Assembly: GCA_002869265.1 (NCBI GenBank)
Contig: PKTH01000030.1
Span: forward strand, 1-51,699
Source of the DNA: Candidatus Parcubacteria bacterium
Lineage (GTDB): Bacteria > Patescibacteriota > Patescibacteriia > Patescibacteriales > BM507
Direction of reading: 5' to 3'
DNA length: 51,699 nt
Shown: positions 35,772 to 45,113 of the stretch, piece by piece
How the letters are laid out: every line of letters begins with the position of its first letter
Position numbering within the stretch: position 1 is the first letter of the stretch
Program-made: the position numbers and the translations under genes
Notes under the pieces: model-generated
What the model was told of the DNA's origin: nothing
The model's input: only the letters and a program-made list of their open reading frames with translations
Databases searched by the model: none

Positions 35772-37583
35772 TCAGCCTGTCCAGTAAAACATCATTATCG
35801 AAAAATCAATCAAGTCAACGTTTCCTGAGTCATTCTGATCTGCACAATCATTATCTGTGTTCCAGTGATAAAGCATAATAGAAAAGTCTGTAATATTTAC
35901 CTTACCATCGCCATTTAAGTCTCCTCCCGAACATTCATCTAACTGTTTTTCTACAGTTTCTCCTACACCAATATTAATAACATTTGAAAACTCGGAAAAA
36001 CCCATCTCTTCACTATACGACCTGGCTTTCAATCTATACTGGCCACTAAAGACACCACTTGCAGGGAATTCTATTTCCCATAAACCATTACTTTGAGTAT
36101 CCACCTGTTGTTTGAGAATTTCTTCTTCTCTAAGGGTTCTTTCAATGTATGGATAGAACCACAGCTCTGTGTAAGTATTGAATGCCCCATAGCCATGCAA
36201 GCCCATTGAGTCCCCCGGGTCTATTTCAATTGTATCTGTTTGAATGGTTGGGGATATAAAAATGTCTGAAACTGCTGACTTGGTTCCTTCTTCCACAAAA
36301 AATGTTGTGTTATAAGTCAAAGATTTCTCCCCCTCGGGGTCTGTCGCTATAAGCCCAAATGTATAGACACCTCTAGTTATTTCGTCAGCCCCGAAGCTAA
36401 AAACACCGGAACTATTAGCGTTTGTTGTTTTGGTTTCAACCCCATCGATCAATAGGGCTATCTTAGCGTTAGGATATGCTATACCAGAGAACTCTACCAT
36501 TGGGTCTCCCGGTAATTCAGGATAAGGATCGTAAATGCCGCCGCCTCCGCCTCCGCCGCCTCCGCCGCCTCCGCCAGTACCTCCGCCAGTACCTCCATCG
36601 TCACCTATATCATCGCCCTCATCCCCACCTGTTCCAACATCGGAACCATCATTGGAGGTTGTCCCTTCACCATCACCAGTGGTCCCCCCACCAGCTTCAG
36701 CTTCAATGTAGAAAAATATTTCATAATCATCTGTGTCGGGCACTAAATCTTCATCTAGACAACGAATATAATAAACATGCAAACCACCAGTTAAGCCAAC
36801 AATGGTTTGAGAATGAAAAAAATTACCAGTATAAGAAAAATCATTTTCCATTAGAGCATAAGGTGTTCCAGACGCATTTGTATATCGACATGAAGCATCG
36901 TAGTTTGTAACCAAAGAAAGGATAGTGGTAACTGTACCAAAAGTAAGAGTTCCTGTCGGTGCTCCACGGGATCTTATCTTGGGTCCTGTTGAAGAAAGAT
37001 TTATTGGCTGAACAATAGCTATCATCGGAGTGGCCCTGTCAAGCAAATTTGCACCAGCATCAAATGTTTCAACTTCTATGTTATAAGAACCAACAGTCCC
37101 GGGATTTATAACATAGGAATCACCAATAGCTTCATGAGTAGCTATATCACCAATTTTAATCTGAACATAAGCACCAGCCGGTATTCCAAGAGTGTTTCTA
37201 AGTGTTATTTCAATTACTTTGCTTGTGGTTGCCCCACTCAAACTAAGTCCATCAGCACTAAAAATGGGAAAAGAAAATAAATTTCTTTCTACATATCCAA
37301 AATCGCGATCACTCGAAGTGGCAAAGTCTATATCATTGAAATCCAGGTCAGCTGGTATCATAAACTTCCCTGGCTCAGGGGTTATTCTTATTTTACCACT
37401 GGGTGGGATTGCCTCAGTGGTTTTAAATTTAATAGTATGGTTTGCTTGGTAGCCTGGTCTAGAAGTTGTTATAAAATCACTAATTTGTGTTAGATTTTTT
37501 GCCTCAACTCTTGGAATAAGCGAAAAGACTATCGCAAACAAAAGAAAATATATGTTAAACTTTTTTAAAAAAATTCTAAACAT
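35772..37583 (-). CDS. Secreted dockerin-domain protein whose N-terminal domain matches the small WxL-like subunits
   Basis: C-terminal DLNGDGKVNITDFS..DQNDSGNVDLIDFS..YWTG; Gly-rich linker; N-terminal LTQISDFITTSRPGYQANHTIKF matches LSNVSDTLSTSAPSTLANHTVDF. Confidence 0.8.
   Translation of the reverse strand: MFRIFLKKFNIYFLLFAIVFSLIPRVEAKNLTQISDFITTSRPGYQANHTIKFKTTEAIPPSGKIRITPEPGKFMIPADLDFNDIDFATSSDRDFGYVERNLFSFPIFSADGLSLSGATTSKVIEITLRNTLGIPAGAYVQIKIGDIATHEAIGDSYVINPGTVGSYNIEVETFDAGANLLDRATPMIAIVQPINLSSTGPKIRSRGAPTGTLTFGTVTTILSLVTNYDASCRYTNASGTPYALMENDFSYTGNFFHSQTIVGLTGGLHVYYIRCLDEDLVPDTDDYEIFFYIEAEAGGGTTGDGEGTTSNDGSDVGTGGDEGDDIGDDGGTGGGTGGGGGGGGGGGGGIYDPYPELPGDPMVEFSGIAYPNAKIALLIDGVETKTTNANSSGVFSFGADEITRGVYTFGLIATDPEGEKSLTYNTTFFVEEGTKSAVSDIFISPTIQTDTIEIDPGDSMGLHGYGAFNTYTELWFYPYIERTLREEEILKQQVDTQSNGLWEIEFPASGVFSGQYRLKARSYSEEMGFSEFSNVINIGVGETVEKQLDECSGGDLNGDGKVNITDFSIMLYHWNTDNDCADQNDSGNVDLIDFSIMMFYWTG
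36537..36596. repeat. GGC/GGA triplet repeat encoding a poly-Gly linker
   Basis: ccgccgcctccgcctccgccgcct... tract seen directly. Confidence 0.8.
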
Positions 37584-37591
37584 TATTAATT

Positions 37592-37990
37592 TTAGAAATC
37601 TTTTTTATTCCCCCTTTTTCTCCTCCAATCAAGAATAAAATTAATTATTATTAATAAAAATAAAACTATAATACCGATTAGCATCCCCCAGATTAATTTG
37701 TTCTCTAGAATATAGTTTGCTGATTCTATATCTGCCTCCCTTTTATCTAGTTGCTTCTCACGTATATTTAAGTCATCTTGTTTCTCTTTGAGTTGCATAG
37801 CCAAGGTGTTCATAGGATTTTCTGGAACCGATGCTGACGAACCAACTCCTACGGCACTAGAAAAACGAGCCCCAAGATATTTTGAATATTCAAAGGGGCT
37901 TACACCGTAAGTACTTAAAAAGGAGAATAAAATAAAAGCAAAGAATAATATTCTAAATTTATGAATGTGCTTAACTGTTTTTTTTATCAT
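37592..37990 (-). CDS. Small membrane protein with two hydrophobic segments and a coiled coil
   Basis: ATG at 37990 preceded by AAGGAGG (track start 38026 overlaps the upstream gene); VPENPMNTLAMQL..coiled coil..TM. Confidence 0.7.
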   Translation of the reverse strand: MIKKTVKHIHKFRILFFAFILFSFLSTYGVSPFEYSKYLGARFSSAVGVGSSASVPENPMNTLAMQLKEKQDDLNIREKQLDKREADIESANYILENKLIWGMLIGIIVLFLLIIINFILDWRRKRGNKKDF

Positions 37991-38013
37991 ATAATTATAG
38001 CCTCCTTTTTTTA

Positions 38014-38853
38014 TTATTTCACACATCTAAAACCAACACCGACTCCAGTATATGATGGTTCAGAAACTAAATAAGTTGCGTAAACGCCTGCTTGTTCCTC
38101 ATTTGAGTAAAAGCCTCCACGAGCAACGCCTCTTACTCCACTATTTTTTATCCAAAAATAATCATTATTATAATTTTGATTTGTCTCTGACCCTGTCTCC
38201 ATTGCCAGCCCTTCATCATCAGTCTCATAAACAAAACCTTGTTTAGGCAGCTCTACTCCATCTAGCTTGCCGTTATTGATTGTTTCATCTGTCCACTCCC
38301 AAACATTCCCTATCATATCAAAAGCACCGAAAGAAGAGGAACAGTTCTCTCCGCTACCTGTTAATCCTGGTTGTGATTCCCAATTTTCTGAAACATGACA
38401 ATCACTCGCCCCCCAAGAAGATTCTTTGTCAGGTGTCCCAAGTGAAGCGCTTAACCATTCTTTATTAGTCGGCAATCTTTTCCCAACACGAGCACAAGCC
38501 TCTCTAGCTTGGTTTTGAGAAATAAATACCCACGGACTCGCATCAACTATTGAGTCTGGCTTACAATCAGCGCTAGCCATATTTTCCCTAGAGTCTTTTT
38601 GAGTGAAAACGTCTACAACAGGGCAATCATCACTAGCCGAAGCCTCATATCTATCTATACAAAAACCACCTGATGAAGAAGGAATAAAAACCATCTCAGG
38701 TGGACAAAGAGCATTATCACCAGACTCACCCAAAAGACTATCACTGGCCTTGATCCCTGCAGTAGCTAAAATAATAGCCAAAACCGAGACTATTATCTCT
38801 CTTTTGCCGATAAGTTTCTTTTTTTTCTGTTGTAGATTTATGGTTGAGGACAT
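38014..38853 (-). CDS. FGE-sulfatase (SUMF1) / C-type-lectin-fold domain protein, N-terminally anchored
   Basis: CPPEMV, FCIDRYEAS, GKRLPTNKEW, DMIGNVWEW, RGG, GFRC. Confidence 0.85.
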   Translation of the reverse strand: MSSTINLQQKKKKLIGKREIIVSVLAIILATAGIKASDSLLGESGDNALCPPEMVFIPSSSGGFCIDRYEASASDDCPVVDVFTQKDSRENMASADCKPDSIVDASPWVFISQNQAREACARVGKRLPTNKEWLSASLGTPDKESSWGASDCHVSENWESQPGLTGSGENCSSSFGAFDMIGNVWEWTDETINNGKLDGVELPKQGFVYETDDEGLAMETGSETNQNYNNDYFWIKNSGVRGVARGGFYSNEEQAGVYATYLVSEPSYTGVGVGFRCVK

Positions 38854-38858
38854 AAAAA

Positions 38859-39932
38859 CTATTTTTTATTCTTCATGATTTCTCTAAGATCAACTACCTC
38901 CCGGTGAGACTTTGACGTGTTTTGTTTTTTAGTTTCGATCGGCTCTTCGTTCGTCTCGATACTGTGTGGTCTTATTTTTTCTATTTCTCTCTGACTTTGT
39001 TTAATAGCCCTTCTGATATAGAATTTAATCAATAAAAATATAAAAAGAAGAATCCCTAAAATTGTTCCGGCTATTATAGAAACAATCTTAAAATCAACAT
39101 ACCAAAAATAAAAAGTTCTATTATCAACCTCTGTTGTCTGCTCACCGTAATGTATTGTAATAACTGCCTCATATTTGCCCATTTTAAAAATGCCCGACTC
39201 CCCTTCCCAAGAAAAATCCCAAGTTTTTGTACTCCCAGGCAAAACATTTCCATAGGCAGTGTCCTTATTTATATCTATAAGCCCCTTTTCGTTGCCAAAC
39301 ATATCCTTAATCACAATATTCCCCTTGGGCTGCAAATGAACATTACCGGTATTTTCAAATCGTAGTTTAAAATTAACTTCTGGATCTTTATAATAATTTT
39401 TGTCTGTTGTAAATTCTCTAATTCGCCCCTCCTCCACTACATCTCCAGAAATATTTACTAGAATTAAAGAAGAAATCATTGAAGAGATGCTAATACCAGA
39501 CCCTTGAATCTCCCCGGTTGGTTTTGTGCCAACCAAAATAGCGGCATAATGACCTCCTGGCTCCGCGCTTTCTGGAACTTTTATTTCAAAAGGTATTTCA
39601 ACGCTTCCAAAAGAGGAAATCGTGATTGGTCCATCCATTATTGTCATCCACTTTCTCAAAAAACCACTACCTGAGTCTTCTCCCTCCGATTCTTCTTTTG
39701 GTATTAGTTCAACTCCACCATCGGGGCTACTTCTAAAATCTTGGATATCTGTATACACAACCAAGTCGTTTTGATTATTGTTTACGAGCTTAACAGTACT
39801 AACCCAGGTCTCACCCGGGTTCATGTTGTTTTTCACCAGAGGAGGAGTTAGGGTCATTTTCAAAGTGTCTTCCTGAGCGAAGACAGATGACAAGGGAAAA
39901 AATATTAAAATTAAAATTAAAAGTTTTTTCAT
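38859..39932 (-). CDS. DUF916/DUF3324-like membrane-anchored protein
   Basis: LTPP, KWMTI, IKVPESAEPGGHYAAI, FENTGNVHLQPKG, GKYEA, C-terminal TM. Confidence 0.7.
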   Translation of the reverse strand: MKKLLILILIFFPLSSVFAQEDTLKMTLTPPLVKNNMNPGETWVSTVKLVNNNQNDLVVYTDIQDFRSSPDGGVELIPKEESEGEDSGSGFLRKWMTIMDGPITISSFGSVEIPFEIKVPESAEPGGHYAAILVGTKPTGEIQGSGISISSMISSLILVNISGDVVEEGRIREFTTDKNYYKDPEVNFKLRFENTGNVHLQPKGNIVIKDMFGNEKGLIDINKDTAYGNVLPGSTKTWDFSWEGESGIFKMGKYEAVITIHYGEQTTEVDNRTFYFWYVDFKIVSIIAGTILGILLFIFLLIKFYIRRAIKQSQREIEKIRPHSIETNEEPIETKKQNTSKSHREVVDLREIMKNKK

Positions 39933-40921
39933 TTTCTTTTTAGATCAATAATATCACTATTGTTATCATTGTTTATTTTTACTTTTTCTTTCCCAATTTG
40001 AAGACTTGCTTGGTGCTGTGGATGGGGATGATGGGTTTTTCTAAAAATTAATATACTCAAAAGAATTATAAATAAGATAATTAAAGTTCCAAAGAATATT
40101 AGAAATGGAAGGGTTATGACAATTAAATAAACAGTATCCTGTATATCCCTGGTCTGCTTGTCTCCATACTCGATCTCTAGCTTGGCTTTATATTTACCGG
40201 TTTTCAATTTAGTTGTACCGGTGATCTCAAAATTTGAAATATTTGCCGGAGGGATTGTCTTTGCTTCTGGGTTCACCTTAATAAAATCTACCTCCTCTCC
40301 TCTCTTGTTATAAACATAAATATTCCCCTGAGGAACTATATCTACATTACCTGAATTATTTATCTCTAAGAACAATGATGGAATTGGGTTTGTAAAAACT
40401 TTTTTTGTTGGGTAATAGTTGAGTGCACTGGCTTTCTCTACTGTTTGATCTTCTACAATAAGATTAATAAACAATTTGGGAGGACTCATTTCCAATGCAT
40501 TATTTTCTGCCTCAAGGCGGTGATTACCGTGGGCAAAAGTAATGGCTGCAAAATAATCACCAGGAACCGCGTCATAATTAATATCAATTTTTAGAGGAAG
40601 TGTAATTTCTGCATTTGGCATTATCTCTATCGCTCCTCTTTTAATACTAATCCAATCAATCAATTTAAACTGTCTATCCATTAATTCCGGATTATCTGTC
40701 GATCCTTCTTCCTGTAATTCTTCTAGGAGGGGGAAAATATTTAATTTATAGTTTGCGTTATTTTTTAGCTTAATATTATATTCCAAAATGTCTCTTGCTG
40801 CCCCCTCATCATCAATGATCTTGGGGCTCAGACTTAGTTCTCCTTCTTTTTGAGCACTAACACCAAAAATCGGCAGAAAAAGGAATAATATTATAAAGAA
40901 TATTTTTTTCATATTAAGCAA
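39929..40921 (-). CDS. DUF916/DUF3324-like membrane-anchored protein
   Basis: LSPK, DWISI, DAVPGDYFAAI, INNSGNVDIVPQG, GKYKA, C-terminal TM. Confidence 0.65.
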   Translation of the reverse strand: MLNMKKIFFIILFLFLPIFGVSAQKEGELSLSPKIIDDEGAARDILEYNIKLKNNANYKLNIFPLLEELQEEGSTDNPELMDRQFKLIDWISIKRGAIEIMPNAEITLPLKIDINYDAVPGDYFAAITFAHGNHRLEAENNALEMSPPKLFINLIVEDQTVEKASALNYYPTKKVFTNPIPSLFLEINNSGNVDIVPQGNIYVYNKRGEEVDFIKVNPEAKTIPPANISNFEITGTTKLKTGKYKAKLEIEYGDKQTRDIQDTVYLIVITLPFLIFFGTLIILFIILLSILIFRKTHHPHPQHQASLQIGKEKVKINNDNNSDIIDLKRK

Positions 40922-42020
40922 AGACTAAAAGATACACAATTCCCAAAACTAATAAAACTGAAATTATAACAACTGAAACTATCAATAATATATGAGTTGT
41001 AGAGGATGGCCCCTCGTAACTCTTGACGTACTTAACTTCAGCTAGACCCGCCTCTTCCATTGCTTTTTTAACTGCTTTGTTTTTATACATCTTTAAAAGA
41101 AGCCAAAAAATCAAAGCAAATATTAATATACTGGAAATTGTCAAATAAATAATTTTCCATGGTAGTATCCAAAAAGTTCTAACAGCTACCAATGATTGCA
41201 TACCTTGACCACCCAAATTAGTTGGCGTTCCGTAAGTCAAAACCAGATTAGCAGAATATTTACCGAAGGCCATATCACCGCTCCAGGAATGTTGAAACTT
41301 TCTAAATGTTTTTGGTAAAACGTTAGAAATTTTCTCATTAAATATTATTTCTTCAACGGTTTTCCCAAACTGATTTTTTATAGAAATAGTTCCTACTGGC
41401 GCCATGTGAACATTACCCTTGTTCTCAATCCTGGTTGTAAAATTAATCTCAAATGGAGTGTTGTAGTACTGTTTATCAGTGCTAAACTCACGTATATCAG
41501 CTCGTTCATCAGCATCACCCTTAACACGTAGTAAGATTAATGTGGCTGCTTGCTGTCCTATAGACATACCAGCCCCCCTATCTTCACTGTCTTGATTAAA
41601 CTCTGGGGGAAGTGTTCCAAAAACCACTGCCCCATAATAACCTCCTGGCCCAGCTTCTTCGGGAACATTTATGAAAACAGGAAGCTCTTTTGTTTCACCC
41701 GGAGCAAACATAATGCCGGAAGTAGCGGTATCAATCCAAGAGGCTAAGAATGAGCCTTCTTCACTGCCTGGTTCAAGCAAAGTTGCTTGACCTCCTTCGC
41801 CCTCGGCTTTAAAGTCTCGTAAAAAAGTAAAAATCTCCCTTGAAGAATTAGATTGATTAGTAACTTCAACTAATTTGGTCAGGGTTTGACCGGGATCCAC
41901 TAGATCACCTATTCTCACTGGAGAAATTTTTATACCCTCCTCAGACTGAGCTTTTATTTTATTTGCTGGAATTAAAACAAATAAAAAAATAAAAATAACT
42001 AAGTAATACCTTTTTGCCAT
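40914..42020 (-). CDS. DUF916/DUF3324-like membrane-anchored protein
   Basis: ISPV, SWID, VPEEAGPGGYYGAV, IENKGNVHMAPVG, GKYSA, two C-terminal TMs; likely ATG at 42020 (MAKRYY). Confidence 0.7.
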   Translation of the reverse strand: MAKRYYLVIFIFLFVLIPANKIKAQSEEGIKISPVRIGDLVDPGQTLTKLVEVTNQSNSSREIFTFLRDFKAEGEGGQATLLEPGSEEGSFLASWIDTATSGIMFAPGETKELPVFINVPEEAGPGGYYGAVVFGTLPPEFNQDSEDRGAGMSIGQQAATLILLRVKGDADERADIREFSTDKQYYNTPFEINFTTRIENKGNVHMAPVGTISIKNQFGKTVEEIIFNEKISNVLPKTFRKFQHSWSGDMAFGKYSANLVLTYGTPTNLGGQGMQSLVAVRTFWILPWKIIYLTISSILIFALIFWLLLKMYKNKAVKKAMEEAGLAEVKYVKSYEGPSSTTHILLIVSVVIISVLLVLGIVYLLVFA

Positions 42021-42217
42021 TTTAAATATAATTTTTGCATTAAACTTTGGTCCAAATAAAACAAATATACAAAAGTTGCTCAATTTTTACCCAACATTTT
42101 AATCGCAAATATATTAGTAATTTTCTAAATAAATTTAACTATATTTTACCAATTTTTTGGCTAATTTACAAATAAAAATTTTATTAATTTTTCCAAATAT
42201 TTTAAGTGTTTTTATAA

Positions 42218-42248
42218 TAAAAAACCCTCTTTAGTAAGAGAGTTTTTT
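42218..42248 (-). terminator. Intrinsic terminator after the 346-aa gene
   Basis: AAAAAACCCTCTT-tagt-AAGAGAGTTTTTT. Confidence 0.75.
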
Positions 42249-42269
42249 ATTATATGTAATCTATTTCAA

Positions 42270-43310
42270 CTAGTAAGTTGGAGTTACGACATATGTTAGG
42301 GTAGTTTCATAATCACCAGCTTCTTGCAAAGCATTGATTTGAACTGAATAAGCTACGTTGGTTAACCCTTTGTCAGCTTCTGTGTTTGAAGAAGGTCCAT
42401 TGTGACCCATTATGACAAATGGTGTACCAACGGTTAGTCCTGCGTAGAATCCATCTGCAAATGTTGTCTCTCCATTTAGAGAGTCATTTTCATCGGAAGC
42501 AAAACCTAGATGCCCCCAAGTTGTTGGAGTGTCAAGATCTCCACTTGGAGCAATCCAGTCTGTAGGAGTGGTTGTAGCTGAGCCGTCAACAAAACTATCA
42601 ATAATAGCTCCAGCAGCTGTATCAAAATCAGAATTTTGAGTAACAGTTACTTGAAAACCATCCGAAGCATTTGTGGTGACACCTAATTGTTGGCCAAGTA
42701 TGTATTGGGTGCCTGGCAAGATATCTCCGAAAGCAGTTGTTGTCGCGGTTGATGTTCCTGTGGTTGCATCTCCATTGATTGTCACGCCATTATTAACACC
42801 ACTAAGTGCAAATGTTAGAGTTGAATCAACGTGAGCTGTAACAGTAACTGTATCAATAACAGCAACTTTTACAATTGATGACTCAAGTAATGTATCTCCT
42901 GAATCATAGGTCCTGATCTCGACATCATAGATTCCAGCAGTTGGGTTTGTAATATTATTAATTACAATTTGCTGGGTCCCAGTAGCTAGACCGTCTGTAT
43001 CATACAAACAGCTGGCTGTTCTAGGAGTTGATGTTCCTTCTGTACCATTGCCCTGACAGGTTATGTCAGCAGTGTCACCGATAATTCCAAAACTGGCACT
43101 TTGAAGTTCAACTTCAATATAACCGTTTGTGTCGAGAACTACAGCTGTGTCGAAATCAACAGTGTGATTAGCAAGAGTGCTAGGGGCTGATGTTGATAGG
43201 GTATCACTTACATTTGAAAGTGACGCTGCGTTTGCAACTGGAATAACAGCATATGTTAAGACCAATGAAAACACCACAACGAGCGTTAGCGCTTTTCTAA
43301 CTTTTTTCAT
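42270..43310 (-). CDS. Secreted two-domain WxL/pilin-like protein, candidate major subunit
   Basis: Signal peptide ending ANA; C-domain FG.....LGVTTNASDGFQVTV..W..P..GHLG..QEAGDYETTLTYVVTPTY, resembling the WxL G.Y...LTW.L ending. Confidence 0.6.
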   Translation of the reverse strand: MKKVRKALTLVVVFSLVLTYAVIPVANAASLSNVSDTLSTSAPSTLANHTVDFDTAVVLDTNGYIEVELQSASFGIIGDTADITCQGNGTEGTSTPRTASCLYDTDGLATGTQQIVINNITNPTAGIYDVEIRTYDSGDTLLESSIVKVAVIDTVTVTAHVDSTLTFALSGVNNGVTINGDATTGTSTATTTAFGDILPGTQYILGQQLGVTTNASDGFQVTVTQNSDFDTAAGAIIDSFVDGSATTTPTDWIAPSGDLDTPTTWGHLGFASDENDSLNGETTFADGFYAGLTVGTPFVIMGHNGPSSNTEADKGLTNVAYSVQINALQEAGDYETTLTYVVTPTY

Positions 43311-43428
43311 GGGAATTGAAAATATTAGTTTTTTAAAAACAAGCTTGTTTTCAATTATTTGTTCTTATGGGTCGACCTTTTGCCGCATGGGGATCATGGA
43401 CAGCCCCAAAGCTCAAACAATTAACATT

Positions 43429-43437
43429 ATTATAACA
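43429..43437 (-). promoter_or_regulatory. Extended -10 promoter (TGTTATAAT) of the 346-aa gene
   Basis: Exact TGnTATAAT about 120 nt upstream of the ATG. Confidence 0.55.
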
Positions 43438-43606
43438 TATTTTAAACATATTATTAACTACTTGTCCCCATTTCTTTGTTTAAGCCTATTATAAACTGCA
43501 TTATTCTTTATTTTACTATAATATTTTAAAATTATTTTACTAAAATAAGCCTTCTTTTTTTCAAATATATGATATCGTATTGTAAACTTATCCACAGCTC
43601 AGAAAT

Positions 43607-43644
43607 AAAAAAAACTAAGCCCCCAGTAGGGACTTAGTTTTTTT
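43607..43644 (-). terminator. Intrinsic terminator after the 368-aa gene
   Basis: AAAAAAAACTAAG.CCC..GGG.CTTAGTTTTTTT. Confidence 0.8.
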
Positions 43645-43675
43645 GAGTGAGATATATTTGCTTGTCTTGGCTTTT

Positions 43676-44782
43676 TTAGTAGACAGGAGTTGCTACATAA
43701 GTAAGAACTGTTTCGTAGTCACCGGCTTCCTGTAGTGAGGAAACCTCTGCAGTATAAGCTACTAGAGTTCTACCTTTGTCAATGGTTTTACCATCAGCCG
43801 GAGAGTTGTGGTACATAACTTCAACTGAGTTAGCTGAACCGTATCCGTTGAAACCTACATACAAACCAGAGTTTGTATTTGCATCAAATGGATCTAGATC
43901 ACCCCAGTTAAGAGTTTCATCATCTGATGTTAATCCCATATGACCATAAGTCTCAAATGAATCAAGAATAGCTGATGGTTGTGCCCAAGCAGCAGGAGTG
44001 CTTGAACCAGTTCCGTCTGCGGCGTTATTAAAACTGTTAATAGTTGAATTAGAATCAGATCTAAGTTCATCATCTTGATAAACTACTACTGAATAACCAT
44101 CATCAGCATTAGTAATAACTTTTAACTCTTGGCAAAGTGTTTTTGGAGTATCTACAGCAAGTGTTCCGAAATCTAGTAATGTAGAAGAAGCAGAAGTATC
44201 AACATCACAAGCTTCACCATTTACCACAGCAGCTGTTGTAGTACCAGTAATTGTGAAGTTAAGAGTTGAAGTAACTCTAGCTGTCATTAGAACATTATCT
44301 ACGATAGCAACCATAGGGTATGCTTGATCGTATGTAACTGTCTCACCAGCATTTGTTGTATGAATATCCATTCTATAAAAACCTGCAGCTGGGTTTACTA
44401 CATCTGTAACAACTACTTGTAAAGTGCCAGATGCTACTCCACCAGCAGTTACTGGGCAAGTAATTGTGTTCACAGCTACTACTGCAGCTCCGAAGTTTCC
44501 AGCAGGACAAGTAACGTTTCCTTGAGCAATCCCCGAGAAATCATCATCATCTTCATCAATCTCAATGATTAGAAGATCTGTGTCCACTAAAGGAGTGACA
44601 GTTGTGAAATCAAAAGTGTGGGTTGCGGTTGCTCCTGGATCTGAGTCAGTAAGTGTATCACTAACATCGATCAAAGAGTTAATTTGCGCGTTTGCGAATG
44701 GGACCATTGGAAAGGCTCCATACATTGTCATCATCGATAGCATCACTATCCCAATGACTATTTTTTTTCTTAATTTTTTCAT
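43676..44782 (-). CDS. Secreted two-domain WxL/pilin-like protein, tandem paralog of 42270-43310
   Basis: VSDTLTDSDPGATATHTFDF; TNADDGYSVVV; GHMG; LQEAGDYETVLTYVATPVY. Confidence 0.6.
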   Translation of the reverse strand: MKKLRKKIVIGIVMLSMMTMYGAFPMVPFANAQINSLIDVSDTLTDSDPGATATHTFDFTTVTPLVDTDLLIIEIDEDDDDFSGIAQGNVTCPAGNFGAAVVAVNTITCPVTAGGVASGTLQVVVTDVVNPAAGFYRMDIHTTNAGETVTYDQAYPMVAIVDNVLMTARVTSTLNFTITGTTTAAVVNGEACDVDTSASSTLLDFGTLAVDTPKTLCQELKVITNADDGYSVVVYQDDELRSDSNSTINSFNNAADGTGSSTPAAWAQPSAILDSFETYGHMGLTSDDETLNWGDLDPFDANTNSGLYVGFNGYGSANSVEVMYHNSPADGKTIDKGRTLVAYTAEVSSLQEAGDYETVLTYVATPVY

Positions 44783-44890
44783 AAATTTTTTTATTTTTAT
44801 TTTTTATTTATATTAAGGAATTTAAACTTTGTTTAGGGTGCTAATCACTTAGCACTTACCTATAATCGACCTTTTAACAGAAAGGTAATA

Positions 44891-44927
44891 AAAAAATGCT
44901 TTCTGTTTAAACAAAAAGCATTTTTTT
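44891..44927. terminator. Terminator-like hairpin upstream of the 368-aa gene
   Basis: AAAAAATGCTTTCTGTTTAAACAAAAAGCATTTTTTT, near-perfect inverted repeat with T-runs on both strands. Confidence 0.6.
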
Positions 44928-45084
44928 ATATAAAATATCTAATTTTATACGAGTTTTGAATAGTTTAAGCTATTCTTGTTTGTTTTTGCTTTTTGTTTTT
45001 GAATTTGCTAGTTTTTCTAACAAATTTGTTTTTTAGTCTAGATGTAATTGTCAACGAACTTCCCTTTTTTTATCTTATATTACC

Positions 45085-45113
45085 ATTATACACTATATAC
45101 TAGTTTTAGTCAA
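45085..45113 (-). promoter_or_regulatory. Sigma70 promoter TTGACT-17-TATAAT
   Basis: TTGACT (45113-45108), 17 nt, TATAAT (45090-45085). Confidence 0.6.

Noticed and set aside
5560..37583. Cellulosome
   Set aside because: No recognisable glycoside hydrolase or multi-cohesin scaffoldin; dockerin proteins carry structural domains only.
38014..38140. Diversity-generating retroelement within the window
   Set aside because: No reverse transcriptase or avd, and I saw no second copy of the 3' region.
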